Source of the DNA: Acidobacteriota bacterium
GTDB lineage: Bacteria; Acidobacteriota; Blastocatellia; UBA7656
Direction: 5' to 3'
NCBI GenBank assembly: GCA_031389065.1
Contig: JANMSG010000087.1
Span: 1-39,578 of the forward strand
Length of the DNA: 39,578 nucleotides
A program made the position numbers and the translations under genes. Of this stretch, positions 35,237 to 39,578 are shown in pieces. Each line of letters opens with the position of its first letter. Position 1 is the first letter of the stretch. Below the pieces are notes generated by a model, which ran no database searches, was not told where the DNA came from, and worked only from the letters and a program-made list of their open reading frames with translations.

Positions 35237-36256
35237 ATGCAAACTCAAGATGAAAATATGCTCAATTTTATTCGTGTCTCATTGGTCATTCCGGTTCGCG
35301 ATGAAGCCGCAAGCGTTCGAGTCTTGCTCACAAGCATAGAGGCGCAAACTTTTCAGCCCGATGAAATTTTATTCGTGGATGGCGGAAGTAAAGACCACAC
35401 CGTGAAGTTGTTGCGTGAAGCTGATCCACAAAACCCACGTTTGCGCGTCATTGAAGCCTTGGAAGCCTCGCCGGGCAAAGGTCGCAACCTAGGTATTGCC
35501 GAGGCGCGCAATGAATGGATCGCTTTGACGGACGCCGGTATTCATCTCGAACCCTCCTGGCTTGCAAACCTGATGGCTGCGGCAGAGCGTGATTCATCTG
35601 TGAAGGTTGTTTATGGCAACTATGAGCCGGTGACGGAAACCATATTTGAAAAGTGCGCCGCCTTGACTTATGTTCCGGCAAAGCAAAAAAGAGATGACGG
35701 ATTGATGCGCGGACCCTCAACGGCTTCGATGTTGATTCATCGGGATGTGTGGCAAGCGGTCGGCGGTTTCCCTGACAGTCGCGCCGCCGAAGATTTAATT
35801 TTCTTTGAGCGCATAGGCGAACAGAAAATCAAAACGGCATGGTCGCCAAAGGCTACAGTGTGGTGGCAACTTCGCCCGACCTTTGCCGCGACCTTTCGCA
35901 AATTCACTCTTTATTCCAAACACAATGTCTGGATAGGGCGCGAGTGGGATTGGCATTACGCCATCGCACGGCAATACGCTGTGTGGGGTATCTGCATTCT
36001 TCTCGCTGTGTTATTCAGATTTTGGTGGGTAGCGCTGCTGCCGCTTTTGGGTTTTCTCCTTCGCGTCGCAAAGACTATGTGGGTGAGACAAGCAGATAAA
36101 AATTGGTTCGAGATATTCAATCCAATTAAATTTCTTATCGTAGGAATGATTTTGTTGACCATAGATGCGGCGACTTTTTCGGGCTGGCTGCAGGCTTATT
36201 TGCAGCGTGGTTCGCGTCCTGCAGCATCTTCTTTTCATAATCAAAGTGCGCCTTGA
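35237..36256 (+). CDS. Family 2 glycosyltransferase with C-terminal transmembrane helices (polyprenyl-phosphate glycosyltransferase-like layout)
   Basis: VSLVIPVRDEAASVRVLLTSIEAQTFQPDEILFVDGGSKDHT and ALTDAG. The C-terminal ~90 aa have 2-3 hydrophobic helices (YAVWGICILLAVLFRFWWVALLPLLGFLL; FLIVGMILLTIDAATFSGWL). Confidence 0.8.
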   Translation: MQTQDENMLNFIRVSLVIPVRDEAASVRVLLTSIEAQTFQPDEILFVDGGSKDHTVKLLREADPQNPRLRVIEALEASPGKGRNLGIAEARNEWIALTDAGIHLEPSWLANLMAAAERDSSVKVVYGNYEPVTETIFEKCAALTYVPAKQKRDDGLMRGPSTASMLIHRDVWQAVGGFPDSRAAEDLIFFERIGEQKIKTAWSPKATVWWQLRPTFAATFRKFTLYSKHNVWIGREWDWHYAIARQYAVWGICILLAVLFRFWWVALLPLLGFLLRVAKTMWVRQADKNWFEIFNPIKFLIVGMILLTIDAATFSGWLQAYLQRGSRPAASSFHNQSAP

Positions 36257-37509
36257 TGATGGCGAAGAAAAAAATGCGATCTCTTTATATCTGCTATTTC
36301 GGACTGCGCGAACCGCTCGTGCAAACACAGGTTCTCACCTACTTGCGCCAATTGAGCGAGGAGGGAATTGAGATGAATTTGCTCACCTTTGAGCCGGATT
36401 TTCTGACTTCCTGGTCGCAAGAAGAGAAGCAAGATTGGCAAAAGCGACTCGCTTTGGACGGTATCAATTGGTTTGCTCTGCCTTATCACAAACGCCCATC
36501 CGCGCCGGCTACGGTTTACGATATTTTTACGGGAGCGCGTTTCGCGGCAAAGCTTATTCGTCAGCATTCGATAGATGTTTTGCACGCGCGCAGTCACATC
36601 CCTCTGGCTATGGGGTTACTGGCGCAAGCGTGGACTGATTGCCGGTTGATTTTTGATCTTCGCGGTTTGATGGCTGAGGAATACGTTGACGCAGGGATTT
36701 GGAAATTAGATTCTGTGGTCTTTCGCGCCATAAAACGATTAGAAAAAACCGGACTTCGCAAAGCCGATCAAGTTGTCGTATTGACGAATCGAATGCGCGA
36801 CTGGCTCGTCGAACAAGGTTTGGCAGGCGCAGATAAAATCGAAGTGATTCCGTGTTGCGTGGATTTTTCTCATTTTACCGATGATTGGATTAAAGATGTG
36901 GGTCAAAGGGAGAGCCGTTTTGAACTTGTATATGCGGGTTCTGTGACAGGCCGTTATCTTTTAGAGGAAATGGGGCGATTTTTTTTAGCCCTGCGAGCCA
37001 AAAGACCGGGTGCTTTTTTTCGAGTATTGACACGCGTTTCAGCGCAAGAGGTGGCTGATAGGCTCACCAATATTGGGTTGCAGCAATCCGATTTTTCGAT
37101 TGAGTATGTGCCGCCGGGAGATGTTTATTTGTGTCTTCGGAAAGCCAGCCTCGGGATTTTCTTTCTCAAACCTGCATTTTCACAAATTGCCGCCTCGCCA
37201 ACCAAAATTCCTGAGTATCTGGCCGCGGGATTGCCTATAGTTTGCAATGCAGGAACAGGCGACTTGGACAAGCTGTTGGAAGATAACTCGGTCGGAATTC
37301 TATTAAAAGAGTTCAGCTTAAACTCATACAGTGAGGCAGTGGAAAGAGTTCTCTCCCTTATGGATGACGATAGTTTATCTGAGAGATGTATAGAGGTTGC
37401 TCACAGGCACTTTGACTTGAACTTTGTCGGCGGAGCAGGCTATTGTAACGTCTATCATAATATTCAAAAAAACCTTTCGCCGGAAGCCACATATACAGCA
37501 ATATCATGA
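36256..37509 (+). CDS. Family 4 (GT-B, group 1) glycosyltransferase
   Basis: SLYICYFGLREPLVQTQVL, VIPCCVDFSHF and SPTKIPEYLAAGLPIVCNAGTGD (E-x7-E region). TGATG overlap with the upstream gene and ATGA overlap with the downstream gene. Confidence 0.85.
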   Translation: MMAKKKMRSLYICYFGLREPLVQTQVLTYLRQLSEEGIEMNLLTFEPDFLTSWSQEEKQDWQKRLALDGINWFALPYHKRPSAPATVYDIFTGARFAAKLIRQHSIDVLHARSHIPLAMGLLAQAWTDCRLIFDLRGLMAEEYVDAGIWKLDSVVFRAIKRLEKTGLRKADQVVVLTNRMRDWLVEQGLAGADKIEVIPCCVDFSHFTDDWIKDVGQRESRFELVYAGSVTGRYLLEEMGRFFLALRAKRPGAFFRVLTRVSAQEVADRLTNIGLQQSDFSIEYVPPGDVYLCLRKASLGIFFLKPAFSQIAASPTKIPEYLAAGLPIVCNAGTGDLDKLLEDNSVGILLKEFSLNSYSEAVERVLSLMDDDSLSERCIEVAHRHFDLNFVGGAGYCNVYHNIQKNLSPEATYTAIS

Positions 37510-38828
37510 ACGATTCAGGCATTCCTTTTAGTATTTTATTCTTCATTCTGCTGGCAGTTGGGGGAGTCCTGGCGATTAATTCGAGCCGAAATAATCGCCA
37601 CACGCTGATTTTTCAAACGAAGATTTTTTTGCAGGCCTTTGCTCTACGCTTTGCCTTTTCCCTGGCGCTTTATGGATTCGGTTTTTCAAAGGTAGTTGGT
37701 GATGAAGATTCCAGCGGATGGTTGATCGGCTCTTTTTTTTATGGACAATGGTCAAAGCAAAATGTAGGCATTTTAGGCTTGCCGGGTGTTTTACTGGGCG
37801 CTTTTGATGGCAATCATTTTGGCTACTCTTACCTGGTTGGCGCGTTGTTTTATTTGACAGGCGTTCCTGCGCGACTTCCGGCAGCCGTATTGAATGGTTT
37901 CTTTGGCGCTCTAACCGTCATCGTTGCTTATCGGGCTACGGCTACTTTGTTCTCTCATGATGTGGCAAAGCGAGTGGCCTGGATGACTTGTCTTTTCCCC
38001 TCGATGATTATCTGGTCGGCGCAAACATTAAAAGAGCCGATAACAATATTTATTGAAATAGTAGCTTTGTATGGCTGTTTACGCCTTAGAAAATATGGGT
38101 TTTCCGTCAGAGATATTCTCTTGTGTGCCATCGCCTTGGTTGTGGTGATTCCGTTTCGATTCTATGCAGCGTATATAATCGCTGCTGCCGTGGCTCTTTC
38201 TCTAATTCTGCCACAGATTGGAAAGCGCAAATTTACCTTTGTCTCAGCTGTTGTATTGGCGATATTGGTTGTCCCTGTAGTGTTGATGTCCGGGGTGTTG
38301 GCGCAACACGAAAAACGGTTTGAAAGTTTCGACCTTAAATATGTTGAGAAGTTTAAGAAAGATGTGTCTGTAGGTAGTTTAGGCACAGGTTCAGGGGTCG
38401 AATCAAACTATGATTTGGAAACCTCAAGCGGTTTTACCATGGCAATCTTAGTGGGGGGCGCACATTTGCTTTTAGCTCCATTCCCCTGGCAGTTAGGCGG
38501 GGGCAGTTTGCGAATGTTGCTGACGTTGCCCGAATTGCTTGCCTGGTGGGCGCTCTTCTTTGTTGGTGTGGTGCCGGGATTTTGGTACACGGTGCGGAAT
38601 CGCTTCGGTGATGTTATGCCGATTTTAATCTTCCTTTTCGGATTGGGACTGCTCTATAGCTTGATGTTTGGCAATGTCGGACTCATTTTCAGACAGCGCG
38701 CCCAGCTTTTGCCCTGGCTCTTTATTTTCGCAGCTGTAGGCTTAGAACTGCGACAGATGAAACGATTGACCGCACGTAAACCGAACAATGATATGAAACC
38801 CGGTGAAGTTGCACCCTTGACTTCATAA
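37506..38828 (+). CDS. Polytopic membrane protein, GT-C (PMT_2/ArnT-like) glycosyltransferase or polymerase candidate
   Basis: More than 10 hydrophobic segments. The first external loop has KVVGDEDSSGWLIG (acidic motif). AYRATATLFSHDVAKRVAWMTCLFPSMIIWSAQTLKEP resembles the GT-C core. Confidence 0.55.
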   Translation: MNDSGIPFSILFFILLAVGGVLAINSSRNNRHTLIFQTKIFLQAFALRFAFSLALYGFGFSKVVGDEDSSGWLIGSFFYGQWSKQNVGILGLPGVLLGAFDGNHFGYSYLVGALFYLTGVPARLPAAVLNGFFGALTVIVAYRATATLFSHDVAKRVAWMTCLFPSMIIWSAQTLKEPITIFIEIVALYGCLRLRKYGFSVRDILLCAIALVVVIPFRFYAAYIIAAAVALSLILPQIGKRKFTFVSAVVLAILVVPVVLMSGVLAQHEKRFESFDLKYVEKFKKDVSVGSLGTGSGVESNYDLETSSGFTMAILVGGAHLLLAPFPWQLGGGSLRMLLTLPELLAWWALFFVGVVPGFWYTVRNRFGDVMPILIFLFGLGLLYSLMFGNVGLIFRQRAQLLPWLFIFAAVGLELRQMKRLTARKPNNDMKPGEVAPLTS

Positions 38829-38889
38829 AGCCTGCCGGAGCGCAGAATAAAAATTGCTCTCAGCACAAATTATCGCCTTTTATTAAACA

Positions 38890-39578
38890 ATGCGCCTTCT
38901 CGCTATCGTTCCAAGTCTGTTTGATACCTCACCTGGGCAGAGATTTCGTGTAGAGCAATGGGAACCTCTGCTTCGCAAGCAAGGCGTGGAAATTGATTAT
39001 CTTCCATTCGAGAGTGCAGAACTGCATACGCTTCTCTACAAGCCCGGAAATATGTTTGGTAAGGTGAAGCTGATTTTTCAAGCGATAGTCCAACGCATCC
39101 ACGCCCTGCGCGCGCTTGAAAATTACGACGCAGTTTATGTTTTTCGCGAAGCTGCCTTGTTAGGCCCACCGATATTCGAGCGCTGGCTACAACGCGCAGG
39201 CTTGCCGATGATATTTGATTTTGATGATGCGATTTTTGTCTCTTATGTCAGTCCATCGAACGGCTACTTGAGCTATCTGAAATTTCCCACGAAGACACGA
39301 ACGATTTGCCGGCTGGCAACGCACGTCATGGCGGGCAATCCTTACTTAGCCGATTATGCGCTTCAGGTGAACGATCAAGTGACCATCGTGCCGACGACGA
39401 TTGACACGGAAAAATATACGCTTGAGCCGAAACCGCAATCGGACATTGCCATAATCGGTTGGAGCGGCAGTTACAGCACGGTTCAACATCTGGATACCTT
39501 GCGTGGCGCTCTGCAAAGATTAGCCAGGCAAGAGCGCTTCAAACTGCGAGTCATTGGTACGTCTCAATATGAACTCGA
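38890..39578 (+). CDS. Family 4-like glycosyltransferase, N-terminal 229 aa (runs off the right edge)
   Basis: Own translation from ATG 38890: MRLLAIVPSLFDTSPGQRFRVEQWEPLLRKQGVEIDYLPFES...YVFREAALLGPPIFERWLQRAGLPMIFDFDDAIF...IIGWSGSYSTVQHLDTLRGALQRLARQERFKLRVIG. This looks like a GT-B N-domain. It is absent from the ORF track because there is no stop in the window. Confidence 0.7.
   Translation, partial: MRLLAIVPSLFDTSPGQRFRVEQWEPLLRKQGVEIDYLPFESAELHTLLYKPGNMFGKVKLIFQAIVQRIHALRALENYDAVYVFREAALLGPPIFERWLQRAGLPMIFDFDDAIFVSYVSPSNGYLSYLKFPTKTRTICRLATHVMAGNPYLADYALQVNDQVTIVPTTIDTEKYTLEPKPQSDIAIIGWSGSYSTVQHLDTLRGALQRLARQERFKLRVIGTSQYEL

Noticed and set aside
36979-37740. Homopolymer tracts in glycosyltransferase and membrane genes as possible phase-variation switches: T8 at 36979-36986, T7 at 37014-37020, T8 at 37733-37740. 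T7 tracts also occur at 5944-5950 and 18012-18018.
   Set aside because: They encode Phe-Phe in hydrophobic or ordinary segments. They are short for efficient slippage and are expected at this base composition. There are no poly-G/C tracts or multi-copy short repeats.

Overview
Plus-strand genes fill almost the entire window. From about 4.97 kb to the right edge, where it continues beyond the window, there is one large co-directional surface-polysaccharide (O-antigen/EPS-type) locus of a diderm bacterium. The taxon cannot be set from the sequence alone.

Left flank:
- A partial response-regulator gene on the minus strand, which is absent from the ORF track.
- A divergent Fe/Mn superoxide dismutase.
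- A three-gene set of secreted proteins: a VirB9/TrbG-like protein with a coiled coil, an SLT lytic transglycosylase, and an unknown protein.

Contents of the polysaccharide locus:
- An O-antigen-ligase/Wzy_C-family membrane protein.
- Both Wza-like OPX plus Wzc-like tyrosine autokinase, and a Wzm/Wzt ABC exporter. Wzt carries a C-terminal extension.
- A translationally coupled module of FemAB-like GNAT, formyltransferase and DegT aminotransferase.
- A module of PseB/CapD-like dehydratase, nucleotidyltransferase and SDR.
- gmd and fcl.
- Five SAM-methyltransferase genes of four architectures.
- About nine soluble glycosyltransferases (GT2, GT4, GT61/DUF563, GNT-I-like, GalT-like).
- An MBOAT plus SGNH/DltD-like O-acylation pair.
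- Two GT-C-like polytopic membrane proteins, one of them next to a membrane-anchored GT2.

No Wzx flippase or initiating phosphoglycosyltransferase was recognised inside the window.

Most notable direct observation: a 102-nt copy of the gmd 5' end, about 95% identical and frameshifted, lies at 31595-31696. It sits 1.48 kb upstream of the intact gmd, and the two copies bracket a low-GC GT-C-like gene. This is read as an insertion or cassette-exchange scar.

The locus looks compositionally mosaic. The lowest GC is in the FkbM gene and in the inserted GT-C gene. A terminator-like hairpin and a roughly 300-480 bp unexplained gap lie at 17.45-17.93 kb.

No rRNA, tRNA, CRISPR array, transposase or integrase was recognised. 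All functional calls rest on motif recognition by eye. No database search was run.
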